Of a DNA stretch of 64,000 nt, positions 50,786 to 63,735 are shown one piece after another. Where the stretch lies: contig NW_024704745.1 in NCBI RefSeq assembly GCF_018977255.1, positions 58,838,001-58,902,000 on the forward strand, given 5' to 3'. A program made the position numbers and the translations under genes. The notes beneath the pieces were generated by a model, which saw nothing but the letters and a program-made list of their open reading frames with translations, searched no databases and was not told the origin of the DNA. The stretch's first letter is position 1. Each line of letters starts with the position of its first letter. Source of the stretch: Callorhinchus milii. Its lineage: Eukaryota.

Positions 50786-51249
50786 TCTACTTCTACATAA
50801 TAGTTCTCATTAGTCAATGGGAATTCCTTTTTGCAGAACAAGGCTATTTGACCTCTCAAGTGTGATCTACTATTAAATCTGTGGCAATATTTTTTATTTC
50901 TTCCATATCTCTTAATATCCTTGTTTGCCAAGTACAGTTTCTATCATTAGTGACATAAAAAAGATATCTTAAGAATTATTGCAGGAAACAAGGAGGTTCA
51001 TTGGACAGCGGATTAAATTTTTAAAAGACTATTTCTAAGGAAGGTCAGTATTGATTCACACTGGCTATACCCATGCTGCAGTGGTGGGTGCAAATGATTG
51101 AACCAAGCAGGTTTTTAAGGTAGTAATCCTGATTGTTGGGCACTAATAGAAAATAACCAGTTCTGAGTCACACTTTTCTGAAAACATTTGTCTTACCTTA
51201 AATTTTAGTGCTTAAGTTTGATGCATTTGCAGGCCAACTCTATTTTATT

Positions 51250-51436
51250 AGAAAACAAAACAATAATAAATTGGTCATTTCAAACCATGACTGTTTGTGG
51301 GACACTGCTGTGCGCAATTGGCTGCTGCGAATATAGTCAATTCAGTCAATTCACTTTACAGAATATTCTGTGAAGCGCTTTGAGACGTCTAGAAGACGTG
51401 AAAAGCGCTATATCAAATTCAAAGATTATTATTATT
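51250..51436 (+). mobile_element. SINE2-type DeuSINE 3' half
   Basis: Deu domain plus tail 'gagacgtctagaagacgtgaaaagcgc'. Confidence 0.85.
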
Positions 51437-53371
51437 AAAACACTTTGATACAGTGTGGGTTAATTTATAGTGGGTGTACCATGTACAGGTATATCAGTGC
51501 AGTATACACCTGACTTCCAGTGCTGACTGGCTGGCTTCTTGCATTTTATGTGCAGCAAGTGCCGCTGACATGACTTTCTATGGTGCTTCCTACATATATG
51601 TGTAATGCACAGGAAGTGATATCAGCAGTGACTTGATAACCCAGAAGCATGGATTGGTGGCCTTTTTTAAACATGCGCCCTTATTATGCATAGTCAAAGT
51701 TTATGGACCCAAACCATTGCATCATAACTGGACCAGCTTGTGCTTACTTGATCATGCATTGTCTAAAACAATCACAATGTTTAGAGATAGTTGGTGGCAT
51801 TTCTCAATCAGATTGTCATTCGAAGAACCTCACATTCGCTTTCCTTCAAACACTCACATGGGTTGGAAATATGCACTTGTTGTCTTTCCTGGACTACCTG
51901 TTGCAATGGAGCAATTGTGATCTGAAAACTGCTATTTATTGTCACAAACAGCTAGCATTAACCTTGCTGTATTACTGTTTTATAAAGAACACAAGTTTTC
52001 TAACAGTCGACTTTGCATTCACCCCTGCACTCATTATCAACATATCGTTTGTCCAGAATAAAACCCCTGAAAATTTGATTACTTGAAAGCCAAGTAATCT
52101 ATCTTACTCAGAAGTCCATTTTACTTTCCACTACATCAGACAAGAAAAGTGGTTTGGAAATTATGCGTTCAAAATTAGATTTCAGGAGGCATAAACATGT
52201 GGATTGTCAGCTGCCAAACGATGCATATCTAGGCACTTTTCAGCACTTACCCTCTGAGGCTGAGATTTCCTTTGAGGATGGCTAGCCCGTGATGAGCTTT
52301 CAGCAAGCATCAGACAGGCTCACAATGATTGTGTTAAACTGACCGCAAGGTATTGTTGCCTCAAAGCATCTCCAAGTCTGTGCGCTACAAGTAAATGACA
52401 AGTTTTGTTTAATGCTGCCACTTTAGCTTCATCCATTGAAAGGTAAACTTGACACATCACACGTAAATGAGTTCAAAGTAAGTCATATGTGACCAAAGAC
52501 TTGTTCTAACTGGAAAAAATAACTTGAGTGCCTTTGTATGATCTGCAACACTTACAACTATAATACTTACATTTTTAAAGTATATTTTTCAATGGTTAAA
52601 ATGCATGGAGATTTCAAGCAGCATTAAATTATTCTGCGTTGTTCAAAGATTGTTTTAAATAACTCCTGAAATCACATCTGTCCAACAGCCTGTTATTATT
52701 TGCCAGTGTTTTTTTAAAAAATGTTATAATGTAATGGCAGAATTCATAAAGATTCTTCAGAAAAAATCTGACCTTTGGAAGGCAAATGTGTATTTTTCAG
52801 CAGCTGAACAGAAATTTTGGATTTTACTTGGAGAGCGCAGTTTATGAGGAAATAATTTGTAAGCAGCTGGGGTTCCTGTATTTTACAGATTCCGTTTTCG
52901 TACTCTTGTGAATCTAAATTATTATTTGGGTTGCCAAGAGCACTCTTAAAGTTAATCATAATTCTTTGTAATGTGTTTTCTGAGTTTTGTTTTTCTGCTT
53001 TTAATTAAAAAAAGTTTGTGTAAGGATATATAAGCTCCTTTCACATTTGTTAACAAAATATAGTTACTACACTTGATAGAAATTACATCTGCGAAACACA
53101 TCAAAAGTGCAATAGCACAGAAAGAAACTGGAATGGGCCCCATTATCTGATGTTGACTTCAAATTAGTAGTAAGGGTCATAAATCACCCACCTTTTGTTC
53201 CCATCTATGTTTCACAAGATGAGGTGGATTTGTTTTGGAAAAAATTCTTAAAATAAGTATATGAACCTTTTTTGATAATTTTAACATTCAGCATAGTTAC
53301 TCAGAACAGATAGATTTATCTGAACAGCAGCATTTCGGCAACTGTAGAAATATAATATATTCACATTCTCA

Positions 53372-53600
53372 CCAATGGAGCCCAGTTGTTGGTCAATTGG
53401 AGGAAAGGGTAATAATCCTTTTAAGAATAATAATAATAATTTGGTCACGCAATCCATGACTGTTTGTGGGACACTGCTGTGCGGTTCGCCCATAAAATAT
53501 ACAGTCAATTCACCTTCCAGTAAATTCTATGAAGCGCTTTGAGACGTCTCAAAGACATGATAAGGCGCTATATCAAATGCAAGAATTATTATTATTATAA
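53372..53600 (+). mobile_element. SINE2-type DeuSINE 3' part
   Basis: 'tgtttgtgggacactgctgtgcg...gaagcgctttgagacgtctc', (ATT)n. Confidence 0.82.
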
Positions 53601-54749
53601 TTCATGCATTTTCGTGCATTGTGGTTTTGCCAGTCTAATGACTGACTGTCATTGTTTGGACTTTTATTTCACTGGCAAAGAAAGGATGGAATAAATTGTA
53701 ATAATCTATGTGCTCGATTCTATGTCCTTTTCACTGCATTTGTGGAACAGAGTGAAGGACTGGAAGTAGTAGGCTAATATTAGTCATGTCATAAAGCGGG
53801 TTGTATTATTTAACATATCAAAATTCTCACATTATTTAAGATGACTATCATTTTGCTATATATCTGTATCTGTCTGGTTTACTTTCCAGTAGCTATCTCT
53901 GGCTCCCTCTGATACACTTAGCACTGGTTATTCATTCAGCCTGATAGCTGCCATGTCCTTCAACTTCAGCAGCAATCAATATCATTACACAAGTTAGAGG
54001 ACAGTGGTAGGAGCAGAGTTAATATTGGTGTCATCAACAATGTTTGCAACTCAATATCTTAACTAACTTCCTATGCTGAAAAATGGCTGACCTCTGGGTT
54101 GTGAGGTCACCTCTGATGTCATTTCCAGTGCATTACTCACAGTACTGATTTCATTTAATATATGCTATCAACAAGAAATGCAACTAACGTTGCTTCTTGT
54201 GTTCTGTGCATGCATGTTAGGCGCAGGAAACAGTGTTGACATCACTTTCTGCAGGAAGTGATGCCAGCTGGGATCTGATGACCTGAAGTTTTTTTTTCAA
54301 GTTAGAGGGTAATTAACAACTGGAACAGGTTACAGGAAGTGTGGTTGAGGCCAGGACATTGGATTCATTTAAATAGCAGCTTAATGCTGGTGGTAGGAGG
54401 ATGGTTAAGTGAATGTTCAGAAAGGATGAGATTAGATGGGCCTTCTTCATCCAGACTAATGTTGTGATCTTCTGATGAAGACATAATGGATAAATAAAAA
54501 AGAATAATAAAATAGTACTATTCTGTTTTACTCGTAATAGGAATAGGGAATATCTGTGCAGAAAATTTTCCAGGAAATAAAGTTAGGATGGCTTTAGAGT
54601 GAGATGTTGTGCTCTGTGTAACAAAAGGGCTTTTTTCCATTTAATACGATTGATAATGCGGAAACGAATGTATGGAATCCAAATCCTGGGAATCCAAATC
54701 TCTATTTTTTTTATTAATTTGTTACAGTTTATCTGTTTACGTAATAATA

Positions 54750-55000
54750 TAGGAAGAATCCTTGCATTTGATATAGTTCCTGTAATGTTGAAACAGCTCA
54801 GTGTTTCACAGATGTAATTTCTATCACGTGTAGTATCTGTATTTTGTTGGTAAATATGACAGCCAATTTGTGCACAACAAAATCCCACAAATAGCAATTA
54901 GGTGAATGACCAATTAATCTAGAAAATTGTTGACCAAGAACAGGGAGAAGCTCATATCTCTTATTGAGATATTTCAAGTTCTGAGGGCCGTCCACCTCAA
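54750..55000 (-). mobile_element. Old DeuSINE
   Basis: 'ccttgcatttgatatag', 'cagccaatttgtgcacaacaaaatcccacaaa'. Confidence 0.7.
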
Positions 55001-55309
55001 TTGTACTCATAAATATGAGGGTCTTTTCTTTCAGATGGGCAATATTAGAAGATTGAGAGATGTACTAGAAGATGGATCAATTTTCTGTTGTAATTGTCTT
55101 CATCAGTAGAGAATCCCCGATTAAATCAAGTTGCATTCTAGCTCAAAACACCACCCTGTGCTCTGATGAACTTGAACAAGCATCTCGCCAGACACTCAAT
55201 TAAGGGTCTCTTGAGGAGCTGTATAGCATAATTACAGATGTGAGACATTAATGCTTTGTTTACACTGATGGAAGCAATTAGGAGCCAGAAGCCTGCAATT
55301 GAATGGCTA

Positions 55310-55600
55310 TTTTGCTGAGATCTTGAGCTCATGTCTAGGTTGACATGTTTGGGGAGTGCTGCAGCATTGTTGGTGGTGCAATTGTTTGAATAAAATATTA
55401 AACGAAAGGTCCTAGCAACCGGTTTAGGTGAACATTAAAGATCCCAAGGCATGATTCAAAAAGAGAAGTGAGGTTCTTCAGGGGTCCTGGCCAACAGTTC
55501 TTCAGATTAATTTGTTATTCACATTCAAATAAACTTCACATCAGCTTTGGGATGTTTCCACTTGATAAGGTCCTATAAAAATACAACTCTTCATTTCTTT
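55310..55600 (+). mobile_element. Old DeuSINE
   Basis: 'ggagtgctgcagcattg', 'attaaagatcccaaggcatgattc', 'gtcctggccaac'. Confidence 0.65.
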
Positions 55601-55890
55601 TCCACTACCACTGTTTCTTTTTAAAGTCATTGTAGAGCTGGAACATTAAAAACGGTCCCGTGAACATTTTGTGTGCTGATTTATACTGTGCTCTCGGCAT
55701 GAAATACAAATATATAATAATAATAATCCTTGCATTTGATACGTCTTCGAGATGTCTCAAAGCGCTTCACGGAATATTCTGTAAAATGAATTGACTGTAT
55801 ATTTTGTGGGCAAAAATATGATATCTGCCAGAATTTAAGTGTTTTAAAGTTTTTTGTGATTCCCCAGTCTATGCAAAAATGTCCACTGGA

Positions 55891-56168
55891 AATAATAATA
55901 ATAATTCTTGCATTTAATATAGCGCTTTTCACGTCGGGAGGACGTCCCAAAGCGCTTCACAGAACACACTGTAAAGTGAATTGACTGTATGTCTGTGGGC
56001 GAACGCGGCAGCCAATTGCGCACAGCAGTGTCCCACAAACAGTCGTAGATTGAAAATGACCAATTTATTATTGTTTTTGGTTTTGGAGGGATTATTATTA
56101 GGCGTGTGGAGTAAGGAAACTTGCCCAAGGTTTCGCCCTGCCTGGAATTGAACTCAGGTCAGGTCTCT
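55891..56168 (-). mobile_element. Young SINE2-1_CM-like DeuSINE with truncated head
   Basis: Reverse complement is nearly identical to 19235-19519. Confidence 0.92.
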
Positions 56169-56624
56169 CCTGTTTCCATCAGGATCATTCCATTGGATTG
56201 TACTCAATGTTGAGAACAATTGTACCTTTTTTCAAACCCTTTGTGTTTGTATCTATGACAGAACTTCCTCCTTCATCCCCCATTGAATGCCAACAGTGGT
56301 TTTGGTGGAAGCTTGGAACTGATTGGACTATAAATATTACAGTAAACTATGGTGACTCTGTACTTAAACACATCAGTCAATTTGCTCACAGCATTGTCCA
56401 ACAAACAGCCATGCAATGAATCAACAATTTATCTGAAGGATTGTTGGCTTGGATATTGGGAGGAACTCTCTTCTCTTTTCAAATAGTATAATGGCATATT
56501 TCATGTCCACCTCAACTGGTTGGCTAAATGTCTCATCTATAGGATAACACAGCCAACTATGCAGTTGTCTCCCAACATCACTGGAGTGTCAGCTTAATAG
56601 CATTAGTTGTAGTAGTAACAATTC

Positions 56625-57100
56625 ATGATAATAATAATAAACCTTGCATTTGGTATAGTGCCTTTCATGTCAGGAGGATGTCCCAAATTGCTTCACAGGA
56701 TTTACTGTGAAGTGGAGTAATTGTGTATTTGTCGGTGAACACAGCAGCCCCAATTACACACAACAATATCCCACAAATACCTATGAAATAAATGACTAAT
56801 TTTATTTGAGGGAATGTTGACCAGGACACTAAGGGAAACTCCCCTTTTTTGAATAGCGCCATGTGTTCTTTAACATCCACCGGAACAGGTAGATGGGACC
56901 TTGGTTTAATGTCTCATCCAAAGGACTGCACCACGGACAATGCAACACCCCCCTGCCCCCCCACCCCACCCCCCCCCCCCCTCCCCCCCCCCCCAGCATT
57001 ACATTGGAGTTTCAGCTTAAACTACGCGAGTTCAAGTCCTTTTATGGGGCTTAAATACCTGACTCAGAGGCGAAAAGGCTACCACTGAGTCAGACTGATA
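56625..57100 (-). mobile_element. Full-length SacSINE1-like DeuSINE with internal poly-C tract (~56947-56995)
   Basis: Tail, Deu domain, 'ttggtttaatgtctcatccaaaggactgcacc', head 'ctgactcagaggcgaaaaggctaccactgagtc'. Confidence 0.8.
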
Positions 57101-57474
57101 CACACCCAGCCTAGAGTAGGAGTCGCAAGACCCGATGTGGTGCTTGAAACCATAATCCTCTGACCCTAAATTTACTACAAACTGACCCAGGCTGACACAG
57201 AGTGACACCCAAAAATGTCTCAGAAGCGGACACCAAGACCACAAGATACTGTGCAGATGAAGAAGACCTGTTGCCACGTTTGATCTCGTAATTCCAGAAT
57301 CTTATCCTACTGTCTTCTCAAATGAGTCCAGCATTCTAGCCTTTACTACCCTACATGGTAAGCTGTTACAGCTGCTGGTTACCCTCTGTATAAGCTAATA
57401 CTTCAGTACAAAATTTGTCCTTGAGCCTGTTACCTCTTGTCTGCTGGCTTGAATATCTGAATATCTACAACATT

Positions 57475-57570
57475 CAACTGTGGGAGGAGGCGAGGGCAAG
57501 GGAGGGCAACTATGGGAGGGGGTGAGGGCGAAGGAGCGCAATTATGGGAGGGAGCAAGGGTGAGGGAGGG
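57475..57570 (+). repeat. 3 x 32-bp G-rich minisatellite
   Basis: Units start at 57475, 57507 and 57539 (caa[c/t]t[g/a]tgggagg...ggag[g/c]g). Confidence 0.85.
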
Positions 57571-57804
57571 AAGAGAGCTTTTTGCTGTCTTTGTGCCGCA
57601 AAAGAGTAAATGTATATCTTTAAAGAAAGGAATTAAATAAAGAAAGTTAATTTGGAGGAATAAACCAAAACAGGATATTGTATCCAGAATTTGTAAAGAG
57701 CAATTTGATCACCTGCCAAAAAAACACTTTTTAAGAACTGGGTTATAAATCATATTGTCAAACTCTCTTTTGATCCAACCAAAGGAGTTCCTACTATTTT
57801 TTGA

Positions 57805-57895
57805 TAATCAGCAACAGTAATGTGCTAGCCAATGTAACCAGGAACAGTAATGTACATATCAATGTGATAACCAGGAACAGTAATACATTTATCAC
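57805..57895 (+). repeat. ~3 x 30-bp AT-rich tandem repeat
   Basis: 'taa[t/c]cag[c/g]aacagtaat' recurs three times. Confidence 0.7.
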
Positions 57896-58939
57896 TAAGT
57901 ACATTATATTATCAGCTATGTTGAAATTGCTGAATAATTCATCACAAAATAAAGGGGAGGAGCAGCTCCTAATACGTGCAGTTAATAAGTATGTTTAACG
58001 CAGACTCCTGTTTTATGCAGAGTTTCTTCTTACATACAAACACTCAGATTTTAAGTAGCAATTATAATGTGTGTGTTACTGGTAACTACACAGAGTATTC
58101 TAACAAATAGACTTTACACTTCATAGCATGCAGCGCACCAGACAAGCATGTGGAATAAAATTAATTCCAAACTCATTCCAGAGGTCTGTGCTTATTGTGT
58201 TACTTTAATTTAGATCAAAATTCATCCTCGTTGACAAAAGATCTTCTCATACAAAATCTTGTCATCTTTCCAGTATTACTTTTACAAGATGTCAGGTTTG
58301 CACTTGCACTTGCTGTGCCTTCTTTGTGGGCAGGCTAGTGATTTAAATTTAAACAGATCAAAATCCTCTTTGGTCTGCTGCTTTTACCAAGAGAAAGTAG
58401 TTTACAATCTCGAGTAAATTTGTTAAGCGAACTGGTAATGTAAATAATTATTGGAGGCTTTCCCTTTGAAAGTTTAACATTTAGTAAAACCAGTGCATTT
58501 AGACTTGGTCTAGGTCAAAGGGAGCTGGTATACTCCAAATCTCCAGAAGTTTTTTGCCTTATTCCCTCTGTCTTGCTCCCTCTTTTCCTTTCTTCAAATC
58601 ACATCTGAAAACGTTCCTCTTCAACTGTGCTATCAGTCAGCTCCCTCTCTTTCCAGCTCAGTGTCACACCACACCACTGTTAAGCACTCTGAGACTCTAA
58701 CTCTCAGGAAGGGTACCATATAAATGCAAGTTGTTGTTTACAACTGTTTTATGTGAATTCTGCTCAGTGAAGTTATACTAATTTGTGGACTGACGTTTTC
58801 TCAGCATGAGGACTGAAATAATATGTTGCATCTTGTTCCAAATGTACTGTGATGTAGTATGACATATTGAGTTGTAATTCCATGGTTCATGGCCAGAATT
58901 ATTCTGTGATGTGAAGGAGAATCCTGAGCTTCAGTTATA

Positions 58940-59258
58940 TCCTGTAGCTCAGTGGTTAGAGCACTCGCTTTGCAAGCGAGAGACCTGAGTTCAATTCCAG
59001 GCAGAGCGAAACCTTGGGCAAGTTTCCTTACTCCACACGCCTAATAATAATCCCTCCAAAAAACAAAAACAATAATAAATTGGTCATTTTCAATCCATGA
59101 CTGTATGTGGGACACTGCTTCGCGCAATTGGCTGCCACGTTTCGCCCACAAATATACAGTCAATTCACTTTACAGTATATTCTGTGAAGCGCTTTGGGAC
59201 GTCCTCCCGACGTGAAATGCGCTATATCAAATGCAAGGATTATTATTATTATTATTAT
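58940..59258 (+). mobile_element. Young full-length SINE2-1_CM-like DeuSINE
   Basis: A/B boxes, Deu domain, 'gggacgtcctcccgacgtg' tail, (ATT)n. Confidence 0.92.
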
Positions 59259-61249
59259 ATTGGCAGTGGCATCAGCAGCCCAGTAGGGAAACTGGAAATT
59301 TGGACTTCACAAGATTGTGAGATTGGTCTGAATGAAGCTCTTTGGCCAACCTGATCTCATCCTGAATGCTCGTCCTTTCATTTTCCCATTGCATCATTCG
59401 TGTTTTTTTTAAATGAGTCCAATGTCTTGGCCTCCCCCCTTCCCGTTAAAACTAGGAGTCCAAGCTTGTCTAATCACTGCTCATTCCTCTTGCAATGGGG
59501 ATCATTCTCGTTGCTCTCATTTGCACTGCCCCTAAGTCTTGGGAAGCCTCCTTATGTTGTGGCGACCAGAACTGTATGCAGTTGTATCCTGACTAAGGAC
59601 TATATAGATTATGGTTTGAACCTGCTTCCTTCTGGTTTACATGTAACACTACTTCATTGGGCATGGCCTTTAGTCACCAGTCATCAAGGGATCTCCACAT
59701 CTGTAGTACATCTGTAGTAAGGCGGTTTCAGCATCAATCCACGCCACTGCAGCAAAAGTGCAGGTGGTGCAAATTTATTTGACATCCACTGAGAAATGGT
59801 CCCTTTAACGTTGTTGAGGAGTCCCTTTTAATGTTAATGAAGTTCTTTATGCAACATTAAAAAACAAGCAATGATTATTATGACCCTAGGCGAGAGCAGT
59901 TTTGAACAGGAAGCATCAAGATGTTGTGTTATTTTAGCAGTGTAAAGAAGCTGTAAATCCAACGTCTGCTGTGCATGGTCCCTGAAAAGAGTACATTCCT
60001 TTTGAAACTGATTGAATTGTCAAACTTGGAAAATTGTTTGTGGAAGATAAAAATAAAATGGTGTATTAGCTGCCAATAGCATGGCAATGGGTTATAAGAT
60101 TATCACAATCTAATCAGCACACTGGTTTCTTTCCAACAGCTGCTGAAACAAAGATTCAGCAAGAAATATGTTTATTTTTTTAAAAACATCAGAAATCAGA
60201 ATCAGAACAACATAAACCCTAATGTTAAAAACTGGAATTTTTTAAATCCATCTCAGAGTTCAGCTTCTAACCTGATATCCCTCAACAAAGTTACTTGATC
60301 AACCTTTTCAAAAATGTCATAAAACTGTCAGAACTTCTAGAGGCACATTTTATATCCTTTGTAGACAATAATGACGCCTCCATCTAATGGCCACTAAAGA
60401 TGAAAATATTTAGATTTAATTATGTTTCTTGTGATGTTTCAGATGGCTGGTGTCTAATGCAGTTGTGTCCATATAATTTTAACAGTCTAGGGAATACTGC
60501 CTTTTATGAAGAAGTTGGCTGGTGTGGATAATATGGTGCTGGTTGTGATTGTGGCAATGGAGGAGTTCCCAAATGCTACAGTGAATGCCGTGTAATAAAG
60601 GCTTGTAGTGTTCGTCAGCATTAACTGGGGCCCTCTTTTTGCACACAATGTAATGTTCAACCCAGTGTCAAATGTTAATGGTAGCATAATTATAGCAGGA
60701 TTTGAAAATGTTGACAAAAATTCAGTCCAACAGTAATTTGGTGTGGACTTTTGCCCCTCACCCAAACACACACACACATACACTCACATCCTGTAACATG
60801 TCAGATCGGAGTAACTGTGAGTTGGCAGGATACACATCTGGTTACAAGCATGATGTAAGTTTTTCAAGCCTTTCCAAATCTATTGTGACAAGTTTATTTT
60901 AGACCCCACAGTGTTATAAGAGTAGGTCTCATAGTGTTCATGTTCCTTCTGATTCCTGATTCCTCCCCAAAGGTGATCATCAGTAAGTGTTTTGAATACA
61001 AAAGTCTTATCATTTTCCAACAAATACAGTTCCTACACTGTGAAGCACATTGAGAAGTTTCATCGATCAAATGCAAGGATTTTTATTATTTTAAGTGGGA
61101 AAAGTCCTCATATAATCCAATGGTCCACTCTGACAAAGAGAACGAGAACTTTTTTACATCAGCATTCACTTCAATAGTCAACCAGCTCAGTTGTAGAGCT
61201 TCGAGAACAACGAAGAGTGGGCAATACAAGTATCCAGTCTGTTCATTTT

Positions 61250-62339
61250 CTGTCTGTCCTTGACTGGTTCAGGTCCTACCTTTCACACGGCTCCACTTCA
61301 TCTCAGCAAACGGCTTCTCCTCCAGCCCCACACAAGGCTCTGTCCTCGGTCCCCTCCTCTTCACCCTCTACATGCTTGGTGACATCATCTGCAGACATGG
61401 GGTAAATTTCCACATGTATGCGGATGACACCCAACTCTATCTCTCTGCCTCCACCCTGAACTCCAGGACTACTGGCGTCCTGACCGACTGCCTATCCGAC
61501 ATCAAGTCGTGGACGAAGGAAAACTTTCTCCAACTCAACGTCAGCAAGACCGAGGCTCTTCTGATTGGCTCGTGCAGCATCAGCCTCCATGGCTGCACAT
61601 TCAACCTCATTAAGCCAGTCAGGAACCTCGCTGTTCTGTTTGACCCGGAACTGGCCTTTCTCCCCCACATCCGCGCCATGACTGGCACTACCTACCACCA
61701 CCTCCACAATATTGCCAAACTCCGCCACTGCCCTACCCCTCAGGCTGCCGAAACCCTCACCCACGTATTCGTCACATCAAGGCTCGATTATGGAAACTCC
61801 CTCCTCATCAGCCTTCCCAACTCTTCCCCACACAAGCTGCAGATCATCCAAAACTCTGCAGCTCATGTACTCTCGCTCACCAAGCTCTGTGACCCTATCA
61901 CTCCCACCCTTGCCCGACTCCACTGGATCCCCATCCCTCAGAGGATCGAATTAAAAATCCTCATCCTCACTTTCAAGGCCATCGATGGCCTGCTGACTCC
62001 CTACCAACCTACCAACCTGCCCGCTCACTCTGTTCAACAGGCTCCATGTCTCCCGCCCGACCCACCCTATCATCGGTTGCCGGGCTTTCAGCCTCTCTGC
62101 CCCCACGCTCTAGAACTCCATCCCACGGTCCCTTCACCTCGCTTCCTCCCTTGCTTCCTTCAAGGCCGGTCTCAAAACCCTCCTCTTCGACCTTGCCTTC
62201 AGTCGCCCTCCCACCTCTCTGCCTTCCCTCACCCCTACCCCACCCATCCCACATGCTCGGGTCCTGACCCCTGACTGACCAGCGCCTTGGGATGTCCTCC
62301 CGATGTGAAAGGCGATCTATAAATGTCATTTTGTTGTTG
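61250..62339 (+). mobile_element. L2 3' ~1.1 kb with RT C-terminal half
   Basis: ORF 61372-62274: [48 protein letters not shown]; (TTG)n tail. Confidence 0.93.
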
Positions 62340-62344
62340 CTCTT

Positions 62345-62772
62345 GTCCTTGCCAAAAACTCCACTGGTTCCCTGTCACAGAGTGGATCGACTTCAAGAAC
62401 CTCACTCTAGTGTTTAAATCCCTCCATTTCTTGGCACCCCCCTATCTCTTTAACCTCCTCTCTCCCCACAGCAGAACCCGCTGCCTCCACTCTACTGGGT
62501 CCAGCCTCCTCCGTGTCCCCCAAATCCTCTGCTCCACCATGGGCGGCCGTGCCTTTAGCCACTACGCCCCAAAACTTTAGAACTCCCTCCCTCAACCCCT
62601 TTGCCTCGTCCCCTCTTTCCCACATATTCAGGTCACGCCTGAAGACCTTTCTTTTCGACCGCACCTTCCCCCTCCCCCTGGCTCGGCCTTGGGTCCCACC
62701 TTTGTTAAGTGCTCTGAGATGCCGCCCGGTGTGGAGTGCACTATATAAATGCAAGCTGATGTTGTTATTATT
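62345..62772 (+). mobile_element. L2 3' end, second subfamily, directly after the previous tail
   Basis: LHWFPVTEWIDFK, GGRAFSHYAPKL, FRSRLKTFLFDR; tail 'gtgctctgagatgccgcccggtgtggagtgcac'. Confidence 0.9.
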
Positions 62773-63334
62773 GCTGCATACCAGCAGGAAGGCTCCATTG
62801 ATTTGGCCCCAGCGCACAAATGTACCCTTTTCAGGCTGCCCCAAAAGTTTAAAGGGAGTATTCTTAATGTTGCCCAAGAAGTATAAATCCAGTTTCTTTC
62901 TCTGCATCTTCTAGTACTGCAAGTGATACAGAGTACCTCCAGGAATATAAAACATGCCTACATATTCACTCTAAATGTTCTACCTTGAAGATGACAGGGT
63001 AATCATTTCGGATGCTTGCTGAGACCTAGTTTTGTGCAGTTGTCTTACCAAATGCGTAAGCGGTTTGCTAGGAAATGTGCTTGGATCAGGACTATGCTTG
63101 ATTTAGAATTCATGCAGTCTTTCTACTGAAGGAAAAAAAAGCTTATAATATTTGTACTTCATCTTATTTAGTCACTCAAGCTGCAACTGAATCTGCTGTA
63201 AAATCTGGATTGCGTCCACACACTTCCTTGATTGACACCGATCTGTGGATTGCATTTTGTTTTATTTTCTCCCAATGTAGAATTGTAATTAGCATATAGA
63301 CATGATGTTATATCATGTAACAGCTGGAAATGCA

Positions 63335-63735
63335 AGAACGTATAAGAACATAAGAATTAGGAGCAGGAGTAGGCCATTCGGCCCCTCGAGCCTGCCCCGC
63401 CATTCAATAAGATCATGGCAGAACTATTCTAACTCCATCTACCCTTGTTATTCCCATATCCCTTAATCCATTTATCCACAAGAAATCTATCAATTTCAGT
63501 CTTGAATATGTTCAAGGACTGAGCATTTACAGCGCTTTGGGATAGAGAATTCCATAAATTCACTACCCTTTGAATGAAGAAGTTTTTTTCTCAACTCAGT
63601 GCGAAAGGGCTTACCCCTAATTTTAAGACAGTGATCCCTGGTTATAGTTTCTCCAACCAGGGGAAAAAGTCTCACACTATCTATTCTGTCATGCCCCTTA
63701 ATAATCTTATAGGTTCTATAAGATCAGTAATGCAA
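63335..63735 (-). mobile_element. CR1 LINE 3' end (shark HER1-like)
   Basis: 'cataagaattaggagcaggagtaggccattcggcccctcgagcctgccccgccattcaataagatcatgg' and 'gatagagaattcca'. Confidence 0.85.

Noticed and set aside
60487-60783. Thr/Ser-rich ORF on minus
   Set aside because: Starts in a (CA)n microsatellite; low complexity with no supporting gene structure.
61372-62274. 300-aa ORF as a functional gene
   Set aside because: 5'-truncated L2 RT with internal deletions and a frameshifted C-terminus; it lacks APE and the N-terminal RT.
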